DNA from: Bacteroidota bacterium
Lineage (GTDB): Bacteria; Bacteroidota; Bacteroidia; Chitinophagales; Chitinophagaceae
Assembly: GCA_016866355.1 (NCBI GenBank)
Contig: VGMN01000007.1
Span: 20,179-84,178, forward strand
Length of the DNA: 64,000 bases
Reading direction: 5' to 3'
Shown: positions 9,563 through 19,231 of the stretch, in pieces
Position numbering within the stretch: the first letter of the stretch is position 1
How the letters are laid out: each line of letters begins with the position of its first letter
Notes under the pieces: model-generated
Told to the model about the DNA's origin: nothing
Databases searched by the model: none
Seen by the model: only the letters and a program-made list of their open reading frames with translations
Program-made: the position numbers and the translations under genes

Positions 9563-11398
9563 ATGTGTGGAATTGTTGGCTATACCGGTTATCGTGACGC
9601 GTTTCCAGTTGTCATTAAAGGATTAAAAAGACTTGAATACCGAGGATATGATAGTGCAGGAATTGCCTTGCACAATAAGGGGCTACATGTTTATAAAAAG
9701 ATGGGGAAAGTAGCAGACCTGGAGGAGCATGTAGTAGGAAAAGACATTGCAGGTAAAACTGGCATCGGTCACACACGTTGGGCTACACATGGAGAACCAA
9801 GCGACAAAAATGCGCATCCACATCGTTCAGCAAGTGGAAAATTGGCTATGATTCACAACGGAATTATTGAAAACTATAGTCAATTAAAACAAGAACTACT
9901 TCAAAAAGGATACCACTTCAACAGCGATACTGACACTGAAGTATTACTCAATTTTATAGATGAAATAAAAGAAAATAATCACTGTTCGTTAGAGGAGGCA
10001 GTTCGTATTGCATTAAAACGTGTAACTGGCGCCTATGTGATTCTACTGATCGAACAAGACGCCCCCGATACAATTCTAGCAGCTCGAAAAGGGAGCCCGC
10101 TGGTAATAGGTGTAGGAAAAGGAGAGCACTTTTTAGGTTCAGACGCTTCTCCTATGCTTGAATACACTAAAGAGGTAGTTTATGTAAACGACTATGAGCT
10201 AGCCATTATTAGTCCAGATGAACTTATCTTAAAAAACTTGGGTAACGAAATAGTAACCCCCTATGTACAAAAGCTAGATATTGAATTAGCTGCTATTGAA
10301 AAGGAAGGTTTTGATCATTTCATGCTAAAGGAGATTTTTGAACAACCGCAGACAATTTATGATTGTTTGCGTGGCCGCTTAGATGCACAAAAAAATAAAA
10401 TTACACTTAGTGGCATTGAGCAATATGCCAAAGAGATCTGCTATGCAAATCGAATCATCATGGTTGCATGTGGTACCAGTTGGCATGCCGGTTTGACAGC
10501 AGAATACTTTTTTGAAGAGTGTTGCCGCATTAATGTAGAAGTTGAATATGCATCAGAATTTCGTTATAGAAACCCCGTCATCACTCCAGGTGATGTTATT
10601 ATTGCTATTTCACAAAGTGGTGAGACTGCTGATACGTTAGTGGCCATAGAAAACGCTAAGTCAAAGGGTGCAATTATTCTTGGAGTAGTAAACGTAGTAG
10701 GATCCTCGATTGCACGCATCAGTCATGCGGGAGCGTATACACATGCAGGTCCTGAAATTGGAGTCGCTTCTACCAAAGCCTTTACTGCACAATTAGCGGT
10801 GCTAAGTATGATTGCCCTAAAAATTGCGCAACTAAAAGGAACCATGCCTACTGAAAAAATCAATTACTTGTTGAATGAACTGGAAGAGATCCCTGGAAAA
10901 GTACAGCAACTACTAAATGACACCACTGCCATTCAATCCATAGCAAAGAAGTATGCTGCAGCCCGAGACTTCTTATATCTTGGCAGAGGCTTTAACTTTC
11001 CGGTAGCACTTGAAGGCGCACTCAAGTTAAAGGAGATATCCTATATCCATGCAGAGGGCTATCCAGCAGCTGAAATGAAACATGGTCCCATAGCCTTAGT
11101 AGATGACCAGCTTCCAGTGGTGTTTGTAGCCACCAGGGATGGTTATCATGAAAAGGTAATTAGTAATATGCAAGAAATTAAAGCAAGGAAAGGAAAAGTT
11201 ATTGCAGTAATCACTGAAGGAGATGAAATGGCTACATCCCTAAGTGAGTCCGTTATGACAGTGCCGGCTTGTGATGAAATGCTCGCTCCTTTATTGACGG
11301 TGGTTCCCTTACAACTACTAGCTTATTATATAGGGATAGAAAGAGGATGCGATGTAGATAAACCTCGTAACCTGGCTAAGTCTGTAACGGTGGAGTAA
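9563..11398 (+). CDS. glmS: Glutamine--fructose-6-phosphate transaminase
   Basis: N-terminal MCGIVG, RLEYRGYDSAG, GHTRWATHG, SQSGETADT and C-terminal PRNLAKSVTVE. Confidence 0.98.
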   Translation: MCGIVGYTGYRDAFPVVIKGLKRLEYRGYDSAGIALHNKGLHVYKKMGKVADLEEHVVGKDIAGKTGIGHTRWATHGEPSDKNAHPHRSASGKLAMIHNGIIENYSQLKQELLQKGYHFNSDTDTEVLLNFIDEIKENNHCSLEEAVRIALKRVTGAYVILLIEQDAPDTILAARKGSPLVIGVGKGEHFLGSDASPMLEYTKEVVYVNDYELAIISPDELILKNLGNEIVTPYVQKLDIELAAIEKEGFDHFMLKEIFEQPQTIYDCLRGRLDAQKNKITLSGIEQYAKEICYANRIIMVACGTSWHAGLTAEYFFEECCRINVEVEYASEFRYRNPVITPGDVIIAISQSGETADTLVAIENAKSKGAIILGVVNVVGSSIARISHAGAYTHAGPEIGVASTKAFTAQLAVLSMIALKIAQLKGTMPTEKINYLLNELEEIPGKVQQLLNDTTAIQSIAKKYAAARDFLYLGRGFNFPVALEGALKLKEISYIHAEGYPAAEMKHGPIALVDDQLPVVFVATRDGYHEKVISNMQEIKARKGKVIAVITEGDEMATSLSESVMTVPACDEMLAPLLTVVPLQLLAYYIGIERGCDVDKPRNLAKSVTVE

Positions 11399-11415
11399 AT
11401 TTTTAAATCACCCCT

Positions 11416-13629
11416 ATGAATAAAATTAATAAACAACCTCTTTCCTCACTGGGGTTTGGATTTATTGACCCCGCTTTTATTCCCAAAGGGAAGGATGAAT
11501 ATTATTTACGAAACAGACAACATCGATCTAAGACACCCTACCGCAAATTGACGGCAAAAGAAATACAGACCCTTCTTCGGAATGATAATAGCGCTGATGA
11601 TTGGAACAATATTGAGGTGGCTCCAACATTTGATCCTAAACTTGTTAAACGTTGCAGTTTTTTTGGAAAAATCAGAATCGGTAAGCTAGAGGCACTATTT
11701 CATGAGTTCAACAACTTAAGAATGCCTGTGGGTATTTATAACAGTACCATTATCAGTTGTGATATCGGAGACAATGTTGTGATTGACCAGATTAGTTTCA
11801 TGAGTCACATTATTACAGGAAATGACGTACTGCTTGTCAACATTCAGGAACTATCCAGTACTGATCATGCAAAGTTTGGAAATGGAGTGGTAAAAATTGG
11901 CGAAGACCCCGCCGTCAGAATATGGATGGAGTTAGCAAATGAAAACGGGGGAAGAAAAGTACTTCCCTTTAATGGTATGCTTCCAGGAGATGCGTGGATT
12001 TGGTCAAAATATAGAGATAATCCCAAGCTCCTAGAAAAACTTCAAGAGTTTACTGATGATAAATTTGATCGAAAAAGAGGTTACTATGGAAAAATAGGCG
12101 ACCGTACAGTTATTAAAAACTGTGAAATTATTAAAGATGCTTGGATAGGAACCGATGCCTACATCAAGGGTGCCAACAAACTAAAGAATATCACGATTCT
12201 TTCCTCACCTGAGGCAACTACACAAATTGGAGAAGGTTGTGAATTAGTCAATGGTATTGTGGGTTATGGATGTCGCATTTTTTATGGCGTGAAAGCAGTA
12301 CGATTTGTTATGGGCACAAACTCCCAATTGAAGTATGGAGCCCGTTTGATTAATTCCTACTTAGGAGACAATTCTACTATCTCCTGTTGCGAGGTATTGA
12401 ACTCCCTGCTTTTCCCTGGACATGAGCAACATCACAATAACTCATTTCTTTGCGCAGCAGTAATTCAAGGTCAAAGCAACTTGGCTGCTGGAGCAACTAT
12501 AGGCTCTAATCACAATTCACGTGCAGCCGATGGGGAATTAGTTGCTGCACGCGGTTTTTGGCCGGGTTTGTGTGTTAGCTTAAAACATAACTCCTATTTT
12601 GCCTCTTTTAGCATACTTGCTAAGGGAGATTTTCAAGCTGAAATCAATAACAGACTTCCCTTCTCATTGATTAGTAACAGCACAGATAATAATGAGCTGG
12701 TAATAATGCCAGGGTATTGGTTTGAGTATAACTTATATGCGCTGGCACGTAACAGTGAAAAATATGAAGCACGCGATGGAAGAACTGATAAAAGAATCTA
12801 CTTGGAGTTTGATTACCTCGCACCAGATACAATTAATGAAATGATTGAAGCCCTCTCCATTTTAGCATCCAGCACGGGTGAGGCTTATATAAAAAAGAAT
12901 CGAAAAAAAAGTAACCAATCTACAGAAGCGATTGGTAATACCTTGTTACAAAATGATCCTGAAACAGTAGCGCAACTGACTATTTTGCTGAAAGAAGCTG
13001 AGAATAGCCGTAGATCTGTTCGATTGACCAAAGTGAATGCAGCTTATCGTAATTACCATCGGTTAATTCGTTACTACTGCATCAAAGAGTTATTTCGCTT
13101 AACTCCTAATGGGACTGATTGGATGCAATACCTAAAAATTCGTTGTCAAAAGATAAAACAGCAACCCGCAGCTTGGATTAATGTAGGCGGTCAACTACTA
13201 CGTGAACAAGCCCTTGATCAGTTAAAGAAAAATATCTGTGCAGGTAAAATTAATAGCTGGGATCAAATTCATGATTGGTATCATCAGCAAAGTGAGCGAT
13301 ACCCTATAGATAAAATGGAACATGCGTTAGCAGTGTTACTGCTAATTACAAACACCAGTGCCAACCGGTTGAGTCGGAACAAGATGCTCTCCCTATTAGC
13401 AGAAGCAGAGGAAACACAGGCGTGGACTATGCAGCAAATAAAAAAATCCAGGGCTAAAGATTATCAAAACCCATTTCGAAAAATGTTATACAACAATGAG
13501 CGTGAAATGGAACAGGTGATGGGCAAACTAGAAGACAATCCATTCATCAATAGTCTGGAAATCAAACAAAATCTTTTCTACCAACAAGCTGCACAGCTAC
13601 GGCTTACCTTGACAAAAAAGAAAAAGTAA
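11416..13629 (+). CDS. DUF4954-family protein with left-handed beta-helix (hexapeptide) repeats
   Basis: Opens with YRKLTAKEIQTLLRNDNSADDW. Hexapeptide runs (IGDRTVIKNCEIIKDAWIGTDAYIKG) and GSNHNSR. Starts 17 nt after glmS. Confidence 0.8.
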   Translation: MNKINKQPLSSLGFGFIDPAFIPKGKDEYYLRNRQHRSKTPYRKLTAKEIQTLLRNDNSADDWNNIEVAPTFDPKLVKRCSFFGKIRIGKLEALFHEFNNLRMPVGIYNSTIISCDIGDNVVIDQISFMSHIITGNDVLLVNIQELSSTDHAKFGNGVVKIGEDPAVRIWMELANENGGRKVLPFNGMLPGDAWIWSKYRDNPKLLEKLQEFTDDKFDRKRGYYGKIGDRTVIKNCEIIKDAWIGTDAYIKGANKLKNITILSSPEATTQIGEGCELVNGIVGYGCRIFYGVKAVRFVMGTNSQLKYGARLINSYLGDNSTISCCEVLNSLLFPGHEQHHNNSFLCAAVIQGQSNLAAGATIGSNHNSRAADGELVAARGFWPGLCVSLKHNSYFASFSILAKGDFQAEINNRLPFSLISNSTDNNELVIMPGYWFEYNLYALARNSEKYEARDGRTDKRIYLEFDYLAPDTINEMIEALSILASSTGEAYIKKNRKKSNQSTEAIGNTLLQNDPETVAQLTILLKEAENSRRSVRLTKVNAAYRNYHRLIRYYCIKELFRLTPNGTDWMQYLKIRCQKIKQQPAAWINVGGQLLREQALDQLKKNICAGKINSWDQIHDWYHQQSERYPIDKMEHALAVLLLITNTSANRLSRNKMLSLLAEAEETQAWTMQQIKKSRAKDYQNPFRKMLYNNEREMEQVMGKLEDNPFINSLEIKQNLFYQQAAQLRLTLTKKKK

Positions 13630-14643
13630 CTAACGCTGCTTTATTAATAAGGCACTAATAACAGGGCGTTCCACTCCATTGTCTCCGGGTCTAACAGTAA
13701 GTCTATTTCCGATTACCATAGCCGTAGAGCCTCCCCCATCAAGATTAATAGCATCTGTACATCCAATAGATTTTAATAAGTTGGCAAGGTCGGCTAAATT
13801 AATTCCCGGATAACCAGCAGTAGCATTATCCCCCTCTACAGCTAGTAATACTAACCGACCAGCAGCAGTATATCCGATTGCCGTACGAGGTCTGGAGGTT
13901 GTATTATTGATATTTATTAACTCCTCCACATCGCTGATCCTGACGGAACCAGCTTGCAATAAAAGCGGAGAACCACCAATAGCAGCAACAACATTCCATA
14001 CAGATCCCCCAGCTGGAAACGTTTCGGTAGGTTGTGGCTGCGGTGCTGTTCCCTCGGCGTTAGGGCTTGGTGAAGTGTATTGATATATTAAATCATTACC
14101 AGCTCCAACAGAATAGATCCATGCAGTGGTGGGAGCCCCTGTTGGCGTAATACCCAATGCAGCACGAGTAGGATAATAAGAGGTAGATGAGCCATTATAG
14201 GTCCTTGTAACGGCTTTAATATTGGGCGAACTAACAACGTTATTGTATTTCACCAAACTATATGATTGCGTGCCTCCATAATAGCCTCCATTAATGGCTA
14301 CATAAACTAATCCAGTTTCTGCAGCAGCAAATTGACTGGGAGTCCGTAAAGTGGAAGACTGTACAGGCTTGAACTCAAAACGCCCTGAGGAGTAATCAAG
14401 TGCCACACAAAATGCTTTAACAGTTCGTCCGTTAAAAATTGTATCAAAAGTAAATGCTTGGATACCCGATGGAAAATTCAAGGAGAGTGTTGCGGAATAT
14501 TTCCACCCAGGAGCTAACGTGATCAATGGCGTAATAGGTGTAGGAGTTGGCGTGGGTGTACTACCTCCACCAGATTTTGATTTAGAGCAAGCCCCACTCG
14601 CTAGCAAAATTAAGAAGGGAACAAAAAGCAGAATTTTTTTCAT
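13630..14643 (-). CDS. Phosphodiester glycosidase (NAGPA/DUF2233-like) lipoprotein
   Basis: Lipobox SGAC and a PT-rich linker. AINGGYY, RPRTAIG, LLAVEG and AINLDGGGSTAM are NAGPA-family motifs. Confidence 0.88.
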   Translation of the reverse strand: MKKILLFVPFLILLASGACSKSKSGGGSTPTPTPTPITPLITLAPGWKYSATLSLNFPSGIQAFTFDTIFNGRTVKAFCVALDYSSGRFEFKPVQSSTLRTPSQFAAAETGLVYVAINGGYYGGTQSYSLVKYNNVVSSPNIKAVTRTYNGSSTSYYPTRAALGITPTGAPTTAWIYSVGAGNDLIYQYTSPSPNAEGTAPQPQPTETFPAGGSVWNVVAAIGGSPLLLQAGSVRISDVEELININNTTSRPRTAIGYTAAGRLVLLAVEGDNATAGYPGINLADLANLLKSIGCTDAINLDGGGSTAMVIGNRLTVRPGDNGVERPVISALLIKQR

Positions 14644-14648
14644 AGAGT

Positions 14649-15752
14649 TCAATCTTTATACAAAGAAAAAGGGATTCGATTTAGGGTTTCAAAATAAAAA
14701 AATACTTCGCCATTAAAACCAAGCGAGCGATTCAGCTGCACCATCTTCTGCATAAGTTGCAGGTCTGCCTGATAGCCATCACCTAATGAAGTAAGTATTC
14801 CTGGAACAATTTTGTGAAGAAGTGTGTCTGGGATCTGACTTCGCAATTGCTTTATTATGGTACTATATGCTTCAAAATTATATCGATAAAGTTGTGGAAT
14901 AACAAGATCCGCATGATTCCCCATGAGCCATTTAGGCCAATCTTGCAAATACTCCTCAAGACTCCAAGGATAGATACTAGGTGCCCATGAAACTATGCAT
15001 GCAGGCTTTACCTTTTTAACAGATTGATAAATTTTTGCAGCGTAGTTCGATAGCTGGTCAGCCTTCCATTGTATAAAAGTCTTTTCTTTAGGATTAGCTG
15101 GCACGGCAGACCCATCAAATGCTTGCTGATATAACTTACGCGTGTAAGTATCATAACCGCCCTCAGCTGGCATGGCAGGTAAACGGTCATCACCTTGAAT
15201 GCCATCAATATCATAGTTTCTAACTACTTCTAGAATTAATGATGCTAAAAATTGCTGCGGACCAGGGTGCAAAGCATTCCACCAATAAAATCCATTTTTT
15301 TGCAATAACTCTCCTTTTACATTTCTACCACACCAATCAGGATAGCGCTGTAGCCAAACAGAATTAGTATCTCTATAGGCGTATGAGAATCCAAACTCAA
15401 ACCATGCATGAATTTTCAAACCAGCTTGATGCCCCTCCTCAATAATCTCACGCAAGGGATCTCTACCTTTAAAAGCTGGATGTTGACTGATGCCTATGTA
15501 CTGCTCCTGAATAGTACTTGGGAAAAGAGAGTAACCCCCATTCCATACCACTACAAATAAAGTGTTCAGCCCCGCTTGTTTTGCTTGCGAAACGGTTTGT
15601 TTTATATTCTCTCTAGAGTTTAAAGCTTTACTAGCCACATTGGTGACCCAAGTGCCTTTTATAGTTTCAGCGGTGGGTGTTTGCGCTATCGATAAAACAG
15701 CAGTACAACTAACAATAATAAAAAGAAATATACCTGGTAATAAAAGTTTCAA
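14649..15752 (-). CDS. GHL10 / UPF0748 (YddW/DigH-like) glycoside hydrolase, Sec-secreted
   Basis: IKGTWV, DPLREIIEEGHQAGLKIHAWFEFG, YDIDGIQGDD, YLQDWPKW and PQLYR. Signal peptide ends in A|Q. Confidence 0.85.
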   Translation of the reverse strand: MKLLLPGIFLFIIVSCTAVLSIAQTPTAETIKGTWVTNVASKALNSRENIKQTVSQAKQAGLNTLFVVVWNGGYSLFPSTIQEQYIGISQHPAFKGRDPLREIIEEGHQAGLKIHAWFEFGFSYAYRDTNSVWLQRYPDWCGRNVKGELLQKNGFYWWNALHPGPQQFLASLILEVVRNYDIDGIQGDDRLPAMPAEGGYDTYTRKLYQQAFDGSAVPANPKEKTFIQWKADQLSNYAAKIYQSVKKVKPACIVSWAPSIYPWSLEEYLQDWPKWLMGNHADLVIPQLYRYNFEAYSTIIKQLRSQIPDTLLHKIVPGILTSLGDGYQADLQLMQKMVQLNRSLGFNGEVFFYFETLNRIPFSLYKD

Positions 15753-15764
15753 ATCAACTAAGTT

Positions 15765-16703
15765 TTAGGTAGTGATTGTTTTTCGATATTCTTGGTATCG
15801 ATTGTATAAATGGTGTGCCGCTCCATACATGGACTGGGGGCTCATAAAATGAGAAAACTCGAATGTGATTGCTTTATCATATCCTGCGCGAGCCGCTGCG
15901 GCTAACTTTAGTTTTAATTTTTCAAACTTAATAGGCAAAAACTTGATAGGCATATCCCGATCAAAAGATTCGGCATTTGTCCAACATTGCATTCCATATC
16001 GATTGGCTAGCTTTTTATTAATAGTAAAAAAATCTTCCAATTCGTGGTAGCCGATATGTCCATCCTGAAACGCTACTGCATCTACAGCACCTTGTATGCC
16101 TTGGAAAATTTCATTCCACTCTTGTTCATGCGCTTGTAAGGATACTGCATCAGCCTTTGATAATTGCCCAGAAGCTGCCAATACGGCTTTTTTACCGTCA
16201 ATCCAGGGCGAAATAAAAGTGGGAAGCCCCCCGCTTACATCCTTACACAATTTTCCCAGTGTATGAAAAGCCTCTATGGCACCCTTGGTTTTACGACTAA
16301 TCTCCATACTGAGATACCAGCCCTGAAATGAGGCATGATGTCCATACCGAGACCACACCTCATCAATAACAAAACGATTAAGTTCTATCTCCTCTTTCAT
16401 GTCACCCGTATCCCAATAATGGCCGCTATCATAAAGCCCAAAATAAAATTTCATATGGTACCGATCAGCAAGCGTACAAAATAGTTCCACCAAATCTATG
16501 GGAGGTTCATAGCAACCACGGTGCTTCAATAAATAAAGCGAAGGATAAGTGAGAAAAGAACGGTAGCCGCTTCGGATGAGAATGACAGTGTCAATACCTG
16601 CATTTTTCATATGCACAAAATCCCTTTCCCATTCAAGCGGACCCCAGTTCTGGTGAGGTATATCATGACTAATCTCGTCCAAAAATGTACCGGTAATTAA
16701 CAT
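15765..16703 (-). CDS. DUF4434-domain protein (putative TIM-barrel glycoside hydrolase), no signal peptide
   Basis: MLITGTFLDEISHDIPHQNW, GIDTVIL, GWYLSME and WTNAESFDRD. Confidence 0.78.
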   Translation of the reverse strand: MLITGTFLDEISHDIPHQNWGPLEWERDFVHMKNAGIDTVILIRSGYRSFLTYPSLYLLKHRGCYEPPIDLVELFCTLADRYHMKFYFGLYDSGHYWDTGDMKEEIELNRFVIDEVWSRYGHHASFQGWYLSMEISRKTKGAIEAFHTLGKLCKDVSGGLPTFISPWIDGKKAVLAASGQLSKADAVSLQAHEQEWNEIFQGIQGAVDAVAFQDGHIGYHELEDFFTINKKLANRYGMQCWTNAESFDRDMPIKFLPIKFEKLKLKLAAAARAGYDKAITFEFSHFMSPQSMYGAAHHLYNRYQEYRKTITT

Positions 16704-16717
16704 GCAAACAATTTAAA

Positions 16718-17992
16718 TTAAGTTCCTGGTTCTATTTCTTTTTCTTTGAGCGGCACCAACCAACTTACCAAAAAGGCAGGTAGCGTTGACACCAATACCC
16801 AAATAAAAAATTGAGCATAGCCTAAATAATCACTGATAGCACCACTGATCATTGAAGCAATAGTATAACCAAAATAAGTAATAGCACTTCCAAATGCATA
16901 ATGCGCCATTTGATATTTACCTGGTGCAATTTGCTGCATAATAAAGATGATAATTCCAATAAACCCAAATCCGTACCCAAAATGCTCAATGGCAATGGCC
17001 GCTCCAATCACCCATAGGGAAGTTGCTTGTGTAATGGCTAAGTAGGCATAAGCTGCAAAGGGAAGATTAAAAAATGCACAAAGCAATAATAAAGTGCCTC
17101 GATTTAACCCCTTGTTGGAAACAAAATAGCCTGCTGCCAATGATCCCAGTACAAAAGCAACCGTGCCATATATGCCCGTGAGCAATCCTACAGTAGACTC
17201 GGTTAAACCTAACCCCCCTTCCGCCATTGATGCCTTCAAAAATAATGGCATGATTTTAATTCCTTGCCCCTCCGCAAATCGGTATAGCACAATAAATAGT
17301 ATTCCTGCTCCAATATGTTTTTTTTGGAAAAAACTAATCATCACATCTTTCAACGTGTACCAAACTTGAGCAGCAGTTTGCATAGATTGTTGTACTGCAT
17401 TATCAGGCAACACCCGACGGTTATAAATTCCCAAAAACAACAGCACCAATGCATAAATTGCCAACACAATAGCCCAAGCGTCTCGATCACCCAACAGCGG
17501 TATCAATATACCTGCCAGAAATACCATACCTCCATTTGAGAAAAGCTTAGCTACATTATAAAAAGTTCCTTGCCACCCTACATAACGTGCTTGTTGGCTA
17601 GCAGATAATTCACTGAGATAAATTCCATCAGCAGCCATATCCTGTGTAGCTCCAAAAAAAGCAATGAGAAAAAAGAGAGTAACCGATAATGGGAAAAAAA
17701 AGTTGGTGTATAAAGAAAGTACAGCTAATGCAAAAAGTACGCCGCAGGCCAATTGAGATAACTGGATATAAAACTTCTTTGTTTTATAAAGTTCCATGAA
17801 TGGACCCCACAATGGCTTAAAACTCCAAGGCAATACAATAAGTCCTGTCCAAAAAGCAATTTGAGCATCTGAATATCCCAGGCTTTTATAAAGTAGGGAT
17901 GCAATGGTTCCACCCAGCACAAGGTTTGGCAGACCCATCGCAAACCAGGTAGTGGGAATCCAGGATAGTGGGTGACGTGAATGTGTTGGCAA
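16718..17992 (-). CDS. AmpG-like MFS transporter
   Basis: About 12 TM segments. PWSFKPLWGP and ATQDMAADG resemble AmpG-family motifs. TTG start. Confidence 0.85.
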   Translation of the reverse strand: MPTHSRHPLSWIPTTWFAMGLPNLVLGGTIASLLYKSLGYSDAQIAFWTGLIVLPWSFKPLWGPFMELYKTKKFYIQLSQLACGVLFALAVLSLYTNFFFPLSVTLFFLIAFFGATQDMAADGIYLSELSASQQARYVGWQGTFYNVAKLFSNGGMVFLAGILIPLLGDRDAWAIVLAIYALVLLFLGIYNRRVLPDNAVQQSMQTAAQVWYTLKDVMISFFQKKHIGAGILFIVLYRFAEGQGIKIMPLFLKASMAEGGLGLTESTVGLLTGIYGTVAFVLGSLAAGYFVSNKGLNRGTLLLLCAFFNLPFAAYAYLAITQATSLWVIGAAIAIEHFGYGFGFIGIIIFIMQQIAPGKYQMAHYAFGSAITYFGYTIASMISGAISDYLGYAQFFIWVLVSTLPAFLVSWLVPLKEKEIEPGT

Positions 17993-18061
17993 GCAGCTTG
18001 ATTTAATAAATTATTTTAAAAACGTTTTGTGAATTTATAATATTATTTAAATAGATTCGCG

Positions 18062-19225
18062 ATGAACCTTTCATTTATTTACATGCGATTGGCCGCCCTT
18101 CTACTTCTGTCCATTTTCCTTACCGCCCAAGCTTGCAAAAAAAAATCCAGTACTGGCGGAGGCACACCTACACCCCCCACTCCAGTCTGGGATCCCAATG
18201 CCATGCGGGGGGCATGGATAACTACTACAGCTAGCACAGCCCTTGATAGCCGAGATAATATTCGTCAAATGGTAAGCACTTGCAAAGCCGCAGGCATTAA
18301 CCATTTATTTGTGGTAGTTTATAATAACGCCAGGACAACCTACCCCAGCGCTACCATGAGTGCCTTAATTGGCAAGCCCATTCTAGAACGGTTTGCGGGG
18401 AGAGACCCCCTTCAAGAGTGTATTGAGGAGGGTCATGCTGTTGGCTTAAAAGTACACGCTTGGTTTGAATATGGCTTCTCTTCTTCTTACAGTGCAGGAG
18501 GTGGAGCTATTGTCACGGCAAAGCCCCACTGGGCTGCACGTGATCTTTCAGGAAATCTTGTTGTGAAAAATGGATTTGACTGGCTTAATGGAATTCATCC
18601 CGAAGTCCAACAATTTATGGTTGATTTATTTAAAGAAGTAGTTACTAATTATGCTATTGATGGGGTGCAAGGAGATGATCGCTTGCCAGCTCTTCCCAAC
18701 ACTGGAGGCTACGACCCTTACACTATAAACCTTTACAAGAACGAAAATAATGGGGCTAGCCCTCCAACTACTGCAACTGATACCAGTTGGTTAAGATGGC
18801 GCGCAAGGAAGCTAAACAACTTTGTAAAAAGACTACGATCTGAGGTTAAAGGCATTAAACCAACTGTTTTGTTTACTATATCGCCAAGTCCTCACCCATT
18901 TGGATATAATGAGTATCTACAAGATTGGCCCACCTGGGTAGATAGCAGTTGGGTAGACGCCGTGCTTCCTCAATGTTACAGATACGATATCAACGGATAT
19001 GCTGCTGTTGTCCAACAGCAAAAGGCAGCGCACCGCAACCCAGCCGTACCACTTTACCCAGGTGTGTTACTACGATCAGGAACGTATACCGCAAGTGCTG
19101 CAATGCTGAGCCAAATGATACAGACCAACCGCAACAATGGGTTGAAAGGAGAATCTTTCTTTTTTTATGAAGGAATTAAGGACGTTAGTTCATGGTTTGC
19201 AGGACAATACCCTTTTATAAAATAG
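18062..19225 (+). CDS. GHL10 / UPF0748 glycoside hydrolase lipoprotein
   Basis: Lipobox AQAC and PT linker. MRGAWI, DPLQECIEEGH, HAWFEYG, GVQGDDRLP, YLQDWP and PQCYRY. Confidence 0.85.
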   Translation: MNLSFIYMRLAALLLLSIFLTAQACKKKSSTGGGTPTPPTPVWDPNAMRGAWITTTASTALDSRDNIRQMVSTCKAAGINHLFVVVYNNARTTYPSATMSALIGKPILERFAGRDPLQECIEEGHAVGLKVHAWFEYGFSSSYSAGGGAIVTAKPHWAARDLSGNLVVKNGFDWLNGIHPEVQQFMVDLFKEVVTNYAIDGVQGDDRLPALPNTGGYDPYTINLYKNENNGASPPTTATDTSWLRWRARKLNNFVKRLRSEVKGIKPTVLFTISPSPHPFGYNEYLQDWPTWVDSSWVDAVLPQCYRYDINGYAAVVQQQKAAHRNPAVPLYPGVLLRSGTYTASAAMLSQMIQTNRNNGLKGESFFFYEGIKDVSSWFAGQYPFIK

Positions 19226-19231
19226 TTGCAA

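Noticed and set aside
14535-14575. PT-repeat linkers as DNA tandem repeats or phase-variation tracts
   Set aside because: Codons vary between repeat units, consistent with an ordinary protein linker.
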